From: Minutocellus sp. GHC0000111
Taxonomy: Eukaryota
DNA length: 64,000 bases
Assembly: GCA_977018835.1 (NCBI GenBank)
Contig: OZ361256.1
Span: forward strand, 3,844,001-3,908,000
Direction: 5' to 3'
The notes under the pieces are model-generated. The model was not told the origin of the DNA and did no database searches. It was given only the letters and a program-made list of their open reading frames with translations. Made by a program: the position numbers and the translations under genes. Of this stretch, positions 21,501 through 33,400 are shown in pieces; within the stretch, counting starts at the first letter, position 1, and every line of letters begins with the position of its first letter.

Positions 21501-24500
21501 ATGATTCCTACATGGCTGGATGGATTCACTCTCAAATTGTCAATGAAAATGCCCGTAAGTTTTCTGGTGTTGAAGTTTCAGTCATTATTATTACTTTGGA
21601 CCATGCTCACGCTTCTACTTCACTGACATTGATTTATCGATTTCGCCCCTACTAATTCTCCACTTTCGTTCTCGTCCGCCACTAACTGCAGTGCCCGCAA
21701 TTGTCAAACTGACAACTTCGGATCAGGCGGATGTTCGACTAGCTGTCGCAGAGATTCTTGCAAGCCTTTCGATTGCGCCTCACACTCGTGCCGCAGTCAT
21801 CGATAATAATGGGCTGGATTATCTAGTTCAGCTGCTTGCAAATTATTCCACTGCAGATGGCGGCTGGAATGGCCAGAATCCTACGACTTTAGCCGTCGGA
21901 AATGCCCTTTTGCAACTTGCTTCTGGTGCCATGGCTAACTCGAATAAATGGAGAAGAAGTTCTGATGTTGGTCATGACTACTCAGAGAGGGCTGGGATCT
22001 TGGAGTAAGTAGTGCTCTGGTGTTCTTTTTCTGTCCTTATTTTTTCTTCAGTTCAGACAGTCTCTGGTGTTGATCGCTACCTTCCTACCACCGAATTCCA
22101 CCTCCTTACAGTTTTTCGTCTATTCCAACCTCTTTCCATCAATTGCAGTGCCTTGATTGATGGTGGAGCAATAGAGCCTTTGATCATGATGGCAAAGGCT
22201 ACGCTTCCGTCGAAGTTGCGTCTGATGAGCGTCGACTTCCTTTGCATAATAAGCGCGGATGCACGCCCCAGGAAATATCTCAGTCGCTCAGGTGCAGCCG
22301 AGGCGTTTGGTCATGTACTTCACCAAGATACTCCAAAGCTCTACAAGATTATCAAACGCAGAAAAGCTAGGGACCTTCATGAAATATGCGATTCAGTGGG
22401 CGATGCCTTGGAAGAGTTGTATAGTGCGCTGCTGGCGCTAGCAAATTTGCTAGAAGCTTCCTCATCACATCCTCGTAGCAAACGATCTCGCTCATCTCTC
22501 TCCGATATCAATGCCAATTCTGAGAGTATGGAGGTACTTCGACAAACTGCCGAGTCTGGGGGTCTCGAAGCTCTCCTCATCCTCACATCTCTTCCTTTGC
22601 CATCTGCAGCACATGAATACAGTGCAGACATTACCTCATTTGATATCAATGAGCTCAGTCTAGAATCGTCGCGGTCATTGGCTTCGCTTTGTCCGCTGCT
22701 CCTGTCGGAGCGTGCGTCGACATTTGGATTGACGCATTGGGCTGGCGATGTACTTCTTGCCCTTACAAATGTTTTGCGTCGAAGAGCCAGTAGTGGAGAA
22801 TTAGAAGTGGAAAGGGTCAGGGAACAGCACCTTGATGCCTTGCGTGGGCTTGCCTACTTAGCTCAGTACGAGCCTTTGTGAGTTTTGAGAGAGAAAATTT
22901 CGTTGTTAGAGTCTGCATTTCTTGAAAGTACACCTCACCTCACTCCCGATCTATTCATTTTTCTTTTTTATCATTCCTCCCTCAGAAAATCCGCCTGGTA
23001 GATGGATTGATATCGCAACTGTTGCAAATGAAGAATTCTCGGTCCAATGATACAGAAATTTCCAAAGCAGCCAATAACGTTTGTGCCAGCATTGGATTTA
23101 GGGATGATGACATTGACCTCCAATGCATCGGAAATGATCCCAAGCTTGCCGCCGACTGGTTCTGCCTCGAACGTTCCCTCACATTGCAGGCAATGGCAAG
23201 GAGCCAAATCCGCAAGGTCTTGTTCTCCATCTGGAAGGAATCGCTCCAAGAAATTGCAGCGACTTTGGGCAGTATGGGCCGCATCCATGAAGGCGACGGA
23301 GATTATTCCCCCAGTTCTTCCGTCGGTGAAATGGAACAAATCAAGATCCTCAAATCCGTCTTTCGGGACCTTTGTGATGATCACGATAGCGCAGATATGC
23401 GGCGAAAAATGATTGTACAATACCGGGAAATCTATGGCAATGATCACGCCAACGAAGCCAAGGGCCATACAAGCTGGGAAAGATAGTCGATTTTCTCCGA
23501 GACTTCGAGTGCGCCATTCGACGATGATGCTCTCGATCACAGTCAAAAGGCCATGTCATCATTATCGGTGACGGAAGATGGACCCGGAACAGACATGAGG
23601 GCCTCTCTAACTTCACACCTTCGTCGTATGTCACAAATTTCGCAGATATCTGAGGAATCTTCGTCGCATGAAACTCGAACCTCAAACGAGAGCCTTCTTT
23701 CGGCGTCACCGTGCTCAATTATTGGCTCGACCATTGAAAGGGAATGGATTTTGACCCACCAAAATCTATTTGATGAAGATCAGCTACAAATAGGAGGCTT
23801 CAGTATCCTGCCGGAACGAATCCAGTCTCTTGTCAAAATGATTCTACCATCGAAGATGCTCCAAAGTGCCGTCGTTCCTCTAACTGAATTCATTCCCTCC
23901 TCCTCATTCGATTTTCGGGCATTAGTTATGCCAGAGCGCAGCTATTTCTCATTTCGAAGAGAAGGGCAAGTGTTGGCGCGAGTATGTGAAAAGCACGCCT
24001 CAATGAACGAAAACGATGATGCATTTTGGACTCTCAGCTTCAATAATTCCACCTTTGCCGGAGAGTATGCAGAATCTCTTGTCCAAGCTTTGTACCGATG
24101 CCCCATCATTCAAGCCATATCCTTTTCGAAGAAGGGTCCCGATACGCCGCTTCCAGTAGGTCTGCGCAACCAGGATCCATCGGGATCAACTACCCTTGCA
24201 GATCTAGCCGGAAGCCTTCCGCCATGGGTGACCCGTCTTACTTTCGATAATGTCCTCAGCGATGCCTCTTTCTCTCAATTGGTGTCAGCACTGAAAGCGA
24301 TGGGTCAATTGGACTTGACAGACAATTATTCACTCGATGATCTGGCAGTCCCTCAGCAGTCAAGTGTGGCCGGTGCCGCTTTTGAATTTCTCTCAATTTG
24401 CAACAGTCCAGGTCTACGCCACGATACCTTCACTGCCTTTTATGCGTTGATCGGGTCACAACTTCACCCCAGTGGCGGAGGTTTAGGATTTAGACATCCT

Positions 24501-27050
24501 TCTTTGCAGTCTTTGGTGGCGCTTGATTTGAGCGGAAATCTCTTAGGAGATGAATCGGTTGCCTCGATACTCTCTATCATCTACAACAAGGATTCACGAT
24601 GCTCACTAGAAAGGCTTGATGTATCCCAGAATGCCATTGGACGCGGAGAGTCGACGCGACAAGTTTTGGAGAAATACGTTCAAGACCATTCTCTTTCCAG
24701 TTTCGATCCATGGCATTCATCGTTGTCTTGGCTTGGTCTTGCATCGAACAATCTCAGTCAAGGCAGGTTAGCCTTTGATATCCTAGAGATGATGATCAAT
24801 GACGGCCTTTGTCTATCATCGATCGACCTCTCGAACAATGACCTTGCCGAAAGTGAAGGCGAAGACCTTCTCCAAATTCTACTGAGTGTGCTGAAATCTG
24901 GTCGGAAGCTCTGCTCACTGGACCTTTCCTCAAACAGCTTCAGTAATGCTTCTGTTGATGACTTTATCAAAGAATCAGTGGCGTTAGAAGGAGCACATCG
25001 ATTGGCTTATCTTGGCCTTCAGAACAACGAGCCTCCGCTGAACAAAATTCAGATTTTCGGCATAAAGGAGTTCCTGAACCAAGGTAAAATTCAATGTGTA
25101 AGGGATTTCAACATCGAGAAACACGAGACGAACATCAAGCTTTTAGCCCAAGAACAGCCATCGGCTTCTGGCGAAAGTGGTTCTGCGGCAAATGTCCCCG
25201 CTGTGATATCTACCGGTGGACCCAGCTCTCTGGAAGGTGCTCTCCAGCCCAGTGATATTTCGCTTCCTTCGACATATTTGTCAGAAAATGTGTCCCTAGG
25301 ACAATCCTCTATTGGGGAAGGCCCTCTTGTCAAGAATACTGCTATGGAAGTTGAGCAATATGCGACTTCCAGAGACCAAACTCTGGATATCAACAGCTCA
25401 CTTCAAAGGAACGCCATCGTTCCTTCTCAGAATGTGGGTGCTAAGGCGTCGACGAGTCTCACAAACAACAAGATCGCTGTTTTGTTTTCTGCACCCTTGG
25501 TTTACAAGGACGTCTATGGTAGACTTTGTCCAATCGATACATTGGATTTTGAGCTCGAGCGAGAGCTCTTGTGGCAGGTGTTTAAGGAAGCATCTCGAGA
25601 CATCGATCTTGCATTTGACTGCGCTACGATGAATCGACTCCAAGCGAATATGACAGTTGGTTGTACTTGCCTACACTTTTCTGGCCATGACCATCCATCA
25701 CACTTAACTTTCGAAGACGGGAAGGGCGGGATGCAGTGGTTGGCGGTCGATATTCTAAGAGAACTCATTTCTCGAAATGCTCAGGATGAATCTGCCCCCT
25801 TTCAATTTGTCTTTGTGTCGGCATGTCATTCCGTACTGGCAGGTGAAACATTCGTCCGTGCTGGCGTCCCTCATGTCGTTTGTTGCCAGCAAGAGTCGCA
25901 GTTAATGGACAGCTCCGCGCTCGCGTTCACTCGCGCATTCTACTTGGCGCTGGCCATTGGCCGGACTGTGAAGGACTCATTTGAGATTGGAAGGCAAGCT
26001 GTTGCCTGCTCACCTTCTGTCCCTCTCCCCGACGTTGAGATGAAAAAGTTTGTACTGCTACCTGAAGACGGTGATCATGACTATCCCGTCTTCGATGCAA
26101 ATTCTCTTCCCGAATGGCCCAAACCGTCTGCCGACTTGCAGCAAGTCATGTTTGGTTCAGTTGGTGTACCGAGACGAAGTTTGATGAGGAAAAGTATGGC
26201 GAAGAAGGGAAGCTCGAGGCAGGCGGATGGTGGAGGCGGAAGCTCTTCGCAGTCGGATCATCATCTTCCAACTCCACCGCAGGGATTCCTGGGTAGGGAG
26301 GTCGAGATGTATCTCTTGCTGAATGCCGTCCTTGACAAGCGCCTTGTCAATCTCGTCGGACCCACCGGAATGGGCAGGAGCTCACTTGTAGCTGCCCTTT
26401 GCCACTATGTCCACGATCGCAAAGCTGACATGAGAATCGATAATATATTCTACGTACGGGCCCGGCAAACCAGGAGGAGCCAGCCCCTCAGTGCGATCTT
26501 GTCGCCATTGCACAAGCAGCTTGTAGCGGCCGAGATGGCAGTACCACAACCGACGGCCTACGACATGGACGAGATTGCCAACTCGATCTTGAAAGCACTC
26601 CACTCGGATCGATCTCTCATTGTGTTGGATAGAATCGAGGTGATGGAGGGGTCGGAGGATGCTGCAGAATTGCCCCTCTTCCTCAACAATCTGTTCCGAC
26701 AGACTAGGTACGTCCGTGTTTTGCTCACTGCAAATGCACCGCTGAATCTGTCATCGTTTGCAGGAGTAGGCGAGCACATCGAAGAGCTCGGCCCATTGAA
26801 CCTTAAAAATACTGTGAAGCTCTTTGGCATTCTTTGTCGTCACGTCTGCACGGCCGGAGAACGAAAGAATTTGTTGGAAGCAATCGTCAACCAAGAGGAG
26901 GAGGACATGTGCGTCAGCGATGCATCTCTGAGCAGTCGCAGCAGGGACGTCTTTTCTCGTCTTGGAGATGGAATCCCAGCGCGTGTCTTTGATGCCGCCT
27001 ACCAGATATCTGCAGAAGAATATCAGTCCATGTTGGAGAAGCGACGATGA
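18576..27050 (+). CDS. Giant multidomain protein: SPRY - UIM-like - helical - ARM-like repeats - RI-type LRR - CHAT (caspase-like) - P-loop STAND-like NTPase; introns 21555-21691, 22005-22148, ~22878-22985; frameshift ~20575 and in-frame TAG 23484-23486
   Basis: SPRY: YYFEVTI...IGCGW...VFFTRNG...MFPGVG...ANFG...PFRY. UIM-like EDSQLEAVLKKSMQE. LRR: LVALDLSGNLLGD, LERLDVSQNAIG, LSSIDLSNNDL. CHAT: LDFELERELL...LHFSGH...FEDG...VFVSACHS...GVPHVV...FTRAFYLAL...VKDSFE. NTPase: FLGRE...NLVGPTGMGRS...LIVLD...VLLT. Confidence 0.75.
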
Positions 27051-27175
27051 TGGTGATGATAACGATAGCCATTGATTCAAATTGAACCGGCATACGTCGT
27101 ACGTCATAGAGGTAAATAAATCTTTAAAAAATGTTGAGAGTTCGTTCTATTTTTTCGAGTAGTCTCTCCAGATCT

Positions 27176-27285
27176 ACCGGTACCAGCTACGTACCAGGTA
27201 GCTGCGTAGCTCAACGTGCTCTAGCTACGTACCTAGGTAGCTACCTACGTAGCTCTCTCTAGACTAGTAGGCCTAGCCTAGCCTA
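27176..27285. repeat. Low-complexity palindromic AGCT/CTAG/TACGTA tract (longest of several)
   Basis: Dense array of GGTACC, AGCT, TACGTA, CCTAGG, ACTAGT and AGGCCT palindromes between two tandem genes. Confidence 0.7.
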
Positions 27286-27461
27286 CCAACCGTCGGCAAG
27301 GTCGCCGCTTCGCGAGCGACGCGACATGCGACGCCAACGCAAAGAAACCCGGATCTCATACATACCAATGGTACAGCGGCTCTATCTGGCGCCAACTCGC
27401 CAACGGCTCAGTCAGTCATCAAGCCATGCTTTCATTCCGCCGATGAGTCGAGGAGTGAGTC

Positions 27462-30385
27462 ATGACGTTCGCGTCGACAGTGGCTGCCCAGGTGGCAGAC
27501 CTTCTCGGTATTAGCAGGCAAGATGCTTCACAATTGGTGAACGATGCGCTCCAGACCCTGGGGATGGGTGCCGATGGTCGCCATTCCTCGTCGGCGACAG
27601 AGGCCACCGAAGATGAGAGAGTTAGTTCAGTTGTCGAGGTTGCAGTTTCTGCGCACTTTGAGAGGGCGAATGCATCAGCAGCTTCGGCCTCAACGTCAGA
27701 TTCTTCGCCCCAAAAGAAGAGGCGGCGAACGTCGGCGTCAACTGGCTCGCCCGCCAACATGCAGCAAAAAACGATGGGAGCGTTCTTCGCCCTTCCACCA
27801 GGAAAAGCGATCAAGACGCAACGAACAGTCACTTCGCTCATGAAGGCCAAAAGGAATCATCAGACGAATGATGACCAAGCTGGCGGAGTCAAGCAGGAAG
27901 AGGACATCACCGATGAGGTTATTGAAATTCTGGATGAGGAACCAGAAGCTGAAGATACCGAGATTGGCATTGAAAAGGAAGATAATGATGCATCAGCGTT
28001 AAAACGGAAGATAATCATGGCGACGAGTCAATTCTGGACGAGGAATCAGAAAGAGGAGATACCAAGATTGGCATTAAAACGGAAGACAATTGTGGCGATG
28101 ATGCCAGTAGGAACAATGTGGTGAGTGCAGCGAGAACAAGGACAATCAAGGCGGAGGATGCAAGTGATGTAAACAATACTCTTGATATTGACTTTTCTTC
28201 GGCAGACTTCAATGCAAAGGCTTTGGCAGAATACTACATTGGCCGCAAGATATCGCCACCATTCCTGCATTTGTCCAAGGTTCTTACCCTGGTCGCATCT
28301 ACTACCAAACGCCTACAAAAGGAGAGATTTATGACGAATTATCTTCTCACACTGCTATATTATGATCGTATGAGAGGCATAGAGTGGGACGATGACAAGA
28401 TGCGATCGGGAGAATTGATTTTTCCCGATTGTAGCACTCTTCATGCTGTACTGCTTTCGGGAAACGTTGCTAGCACTGGACTTGTGCTCAACATTGGTCA
28501 CTCGGCGATATCGCAGGCGATATGCAACGCTCTCTCGTGCTCTTTAGCCAAATTAAGTCAGAAAGCTAGGGATAGGGGGGAACTTGGGGATGGCGCTGCT
28601 GATATTTTTTCAGGTAGAGACGTAGGCTCTGCGGGTAGTGCGGTGAAGCAAACGCGTCTTCAGTGGGGACCACCTCCAAAGCCGTTGCTCCTTTCGGATA
28701 TCACTGATACTATTGTTAGGTTACATTCGCTTACCAAGGGTGGGGGGGGGAAGGGTGTCGAAGGAAAACGAAAAGAAGCTCTTTACAAGATATTCACTCG
28801 ATGCAAAGAGCATGAGGAAGTTCGTTTTGCAGTGAAGATCTTTTGTGAACATGTTCGTACAGGTGCGACGCTTATTACGTTGCTTCGGTGTCTATCGGCT
28901 GCTCATGTTCTACAAGACAATGGTTATGTGAATGCGGACTGGCAAGATGGCGGTAAGGGGAAGCAATCTATCGACAAATCTGACATTGAACAAGCCCAAG
29001 AGCAATTCCGAATCAATTACTCTCGTCATCATCACCTCAAAGCATGTATACTGACGCTCGTCAAGTATGGGCTTGATGGAATGACAGCACGATGCGGTGT
29101 TAGGGTTTTCTGTCCGATTCAGCCTATGCTTGCAGCTCCTTCGAGAGGGGTAGATGACGTTGTAAGTCATTACAGCGAGTTCTATAAGTCCGCTGATGCT
29201 GGAACCGAAAACGGCCCCGCCGATCTCTCCCAAAGCCTTGAGACGGATGCTTCGTACATCACGTGTGAGTATAAATACGACGGGCAGAGAGCACAGCTTC
29301 ACGCCGCAAAGCAAAATGGCTCGGTGAAGGTTCAAATTTTTTCTCGGCATCTTGATGACATGACGGCGAAGTTTGCAAACAGCGTCGTTCCTTGGATTAG
29401 GGGAAATATGCCCCAAGGCATATCATCTTTTGTTATTGATGCAGAAATTTGTGCTGTCAAGAGAGGGGAGAAGGAGACATCACTCCTACCATTCCAGGTG
29501 CTGTCGACCATGAAGCGGTCAGAAGACGAGGGGGAGGATGGAATCGATGTGTGCGTATTTGCGTTTGATGTTCTACTAATTAACGATGATGAATTGCTCT
29601 CCAGGTCACTTTCAGAGCGGAGAGTCCTATTGCGAGAAAAGCTTGGAGATATGATAACGCCAGCTTATTTTGAGTTTGCAAAGAGTATTGATGTGTCATT
29701 TGCCGGCAATGCAGGCATTGAAGCTGCAAAGGCCAAGCTTGATGAATTCCTGGCCGAATCAGTAGGCCCTTCTGGTCGATGCGAGGGCCTCATGATCAAG
29801 TCTCTCCACTCCGGTTATTTCTCGCATGAATCGAGAGAAAAGTCCGGTGGATTCGGAGGTTGGAGAAAGCTGAAGAAAGATTACATTGATGACCTTGCCG
29901 ATTCCATTGATGTGATACCAATCGGAGCTTGGCGAGGAAGCGGCAGGAAAGCCAACTGGTTCAGCCCTTTCTTGTGTGCGATCTACGAGCCCTCAACTGG
30001 CGAGCTGCAGTCACTCTGTCGAGTTATGAGCGGCTTCAGTGACGAATTTTATCAAAGCAAATTTGAATTTTACTCTCAAAAGACGCTGGAAGAAAGACCG
30101 GAGAATATTGTGACGGGCGAGAACCCCCCGTATTGGTTTGCACCAAGCGAGGTGTGGGAGATTAGAGGGGCAGATCTGACCATCTCTCCGGTGCACAAGG
30201 CAGCGCTCGGTAGATTGGACGGGGCTGACGGAGATATTGATCTGGACGACGATGAAGGCAGAGGTATTTCTCTCCGGTTCCCACGCTTCGTTCGAGTTAG
30301 AGACGACAAAAAGATTGACGAGGCAACGTCAAGCACGCAGATTCTTTCCCTTTTCTTGAACCAAGCTCAACGTCAAAACGATTAG
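27462..30385 (+). CDS. ATP-dependent DNA ligase, LIG1-like, with N-terminal PIP box; frameshift near 28000
   Basis: PMLA, motif I EYKYDGQRAQLH, IFSR, IDAEI, FAFDVL, CEGLMIK, KLKKDY, PIGAWRGSGRK and SLRFPRFVRVRDDK. PIP-like QKTMGAFF near 27765. Confidence 0.9.
27926..28090 (+). repeat. Degenerate tandem duplication (~105-bp period) in the DNA ligase acidic N-terminal region
   Basis: AATTCTGGATGAGGAACCAGAAG...GATACCGAGATTGGCATTGAAAAGGAAGATAAT recurs as AATTCTGGACGAGGAATCAGAAAG...GATACCAAGATTGGCATTAAAACGGAAGACAAT. Confidence 0.75.
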
Positions 30386-30461
30386 CTACGAGCTACTTCT
30401 CAGATCTAAATGGATTATGTTTAATAATAAAGATGCAGTATGCTATTCTACATACTCTTTA

Positions 30462-33400
30462 CTACATTAGTCTGCCATAATTATCTGCTTGCGAGAGGCG
30501 ACCGATTTGGCGAGGACCAAAGTGAGCCGACGATTGAATTGAATCCATTCTGCTTCTCGGATTGGTACTGAGGCTGGACCTACCACGCTTCTCACCCTGT
30601 CTAGCAAGGCGTTGGTTTCGCTTCGCTCTTAGTCGCGACAAATTGGTGCTTTCATTTACCCCCTGGCCGCTTGATGCTTCTCCCGAAATATCCACCACTT
30701 TTACACGAGAATCATCAAAAGACTCAATTCGATAACCACGAAGTTTCAGCCGCCTTTTCTCAGCTGTCATTTGCTGAATATCATTGTTCATTACACCAAG
30801 GGCATTCTTGGATAGTTTCAGCTCAGTGTTGTACGTCTTGAGAAGAGTTGCAAGCATCTCCTTGAATTCTCCCAGACTGCTTCCAGAATGGTCGGTCGTG
30901 ATCTTTCGGAGTAAGTCAGGAAGTGGGACGACGGATACCATTCTCTGCATACTTAGCTCAAGAAGCTCAGCAAGGAGAGCCAACATGATGGTTGAATGCT
31001 CTGATTGCTCTTTATGGAGCCGAAGAAATCCCTTAGCATTGGTTAAGCGATCAAGGATGTTGAACCAGAGCTGCGATCCGTGATCTGATCTTGGCTTGGA
31101 TGCACCTGAATTGCGCTCACAGAGATCCAGAGCAACGACGAGACTTTGCCTAACCTTTTCCAGTTCCTTCTTGTAGGTATCATTCGCAGTGATGGCTGTA
31201 GACTGACTACCCTTTACGTTGGCGTTGGTTCCTCTTCTGCTCGAGCCAGTACTAGAGGTCGACAAGTGGCTGCCCTTCCTACGCCGATGATTCGATCCAC
31301 TTTCAGAACCAATTGATCTTATAATACGCTTCAATCCCATTAGACGAGCCTCGAGAGTTTGAAGCATGAGCTGCAGGGCACTTGACACATTACCCATCCG
31401 CTCGAGCAGATATGCGGAGGCATCAGCAATGTCGTACTCCTGGCAGAGTTTCAGACAATCCTCGACTCTATAGTTGTCATGTGTGGTCAAGTGTTGGTAC
31501 ATCATTTCAGGATGATAGCGAGCCATGAGCAGTAGGTACTTTTGGTGGTGCGATAGGGTCAAATTTGCAAGAAGGGCCGGGCCGGCCACAGGATCAATCT
31601 TTGCGAGCGAACCAGAAACGATGGCATGGAAGAAGTTGAACAGAGCGATCTCATTGTCTTCTCCGTCGAGAGACGCAATAACCTCATCAACGTCTTCGAT
31701 GAATACTTCAGTGACGAGCTGGGTAGACTGCACTGGATCCAAGTTGATGAGTTCTGGGAGTTTGCCGAAAATAGGTTCCTTCAACAGGTCCTTAGCAGAG
31801 GCAGGAGCTTCTCCTTTCAATTCTTGTTCCGACGCCGCACAATCGACAATACTGCTCATGCAGTCATTCTTGATGTAGTCAAAGACCAATGCCTTATAGT
31901 CTCGGTCGCTATCGCGTAAATAGCAATCGATCGATGAACAAAAGTGATGCGTGACAACTTCCCGGCTCGCCCCGCTCTGCAAAAGAGACATAAGACTTTC
32001 TCGATGAAGCAAAAGAGCAGCGCGATTGAAGCCGGCTTCCTCGACAATTTTGAGTGCCTTTTGATGGTCGTAAGAATTTCTCGGCAACGCCCCCAGGAGC
32101 TCGAGAACCTTCTCCTGGGCATGTTGTTGGGCAGCAGCGATGTTGGGTGATGAGGAATCAAATTCCATAACGAGACTGCTCATTCGAGTCAATATCTTCA
32201 TGGTGATGGGCACAGAAACGGTGATCGACCCCCTGAGCAGGTACTTTGCCACAAAATCAAGGAATATATCGCGAGTTGCCTGGGACTGTATTGTTTCGCT
32301 AATAGCACTTGCGCCAATTCCACTCGTTGTCTCATTCTCGGGCATGACGATGTCGGAGATAATGCTGGCAATCTCTTGACACTCGGGGGAGATACCGCCT
32401 TCCGAGAGAGTCATCTCTTTGCCAAAAGCGTCGGCGCGATTCTGATTTCTCGTTAAGTCAGGCTCGTCGAAGAAAACGCTCAAAGTATCAAGAAGTGCCT
32501 TGGGGTCTAGAGCGACCAAAAGTTGCAGATAGGGGTAAGGCAACCTTCTCAGACCGGTTCGCCGAGACATTGCAGTACTTCGAACCGTCGGTGGTGGAGC
32601 ATATGTCTTTTCCTGCAGAAAATGTACAATCTCACGACGAATGGCTTGGGCCTTGTCCATGGGCTCAATTTGTCCCCCCTGCGGAAACATCTTCCCCTTT
32701 AGGCAGTATTCAATATACATAATGGCCTTATAGCCATATCTCTCGTACAAATTCTTAGGGACGCCATCTGGCCGCTTGTATATCCGAGCGTTGCAATCAT
32801 CTGCTGCACTGAAAATAGCTTCAAATAATTCCGCGAGAGGCGTAGCAAAGTCGTCCAGACCCCGACTGTATACATGAAGAAGAGCTGTGTACATGCCATT
32901 TGACCGGAGCAGCGAAAGAATGGTATCGAAGTCCATGAATGCCACATTCATATGCAATAGGCATCGTTCAACAATGGCAAGGTCGTTCATCGCCTTGCAG
33001 TGCTCAATGAAGTGTGTCATGGCCTCCGGGGCGATGTAATCTAGCCTGTCGTTGAGAACGTAGGGCTCCAGTACGTCGAAGAAGACACTGACATATTGGG
33101 CAACCTTGAAGCATTCAAAGACCGGACCAAAGAGAAGATCCAAACGACGAGTAACTACGCAGAAATCAATGCAGACTCCAGCCAACATTTGAAAGTGTCC
33201 ATGAGCCAGATCAATGAACCTCGATTGCTGCCTCCCCCTTCCAGACAAACTCAAGCTGTCGTCTTGTATGGGCTCTGGGGCATTCTCAACCGCTAAATGC
33301 ATATACCTCATTAGTAAGGAGGCAATCCATTCCTCTTCTTCACTTCGTTGCCCTTTGGCGAATTCGGGATGCCTGGACAAATCTCCATCTCGGAGTCGAC

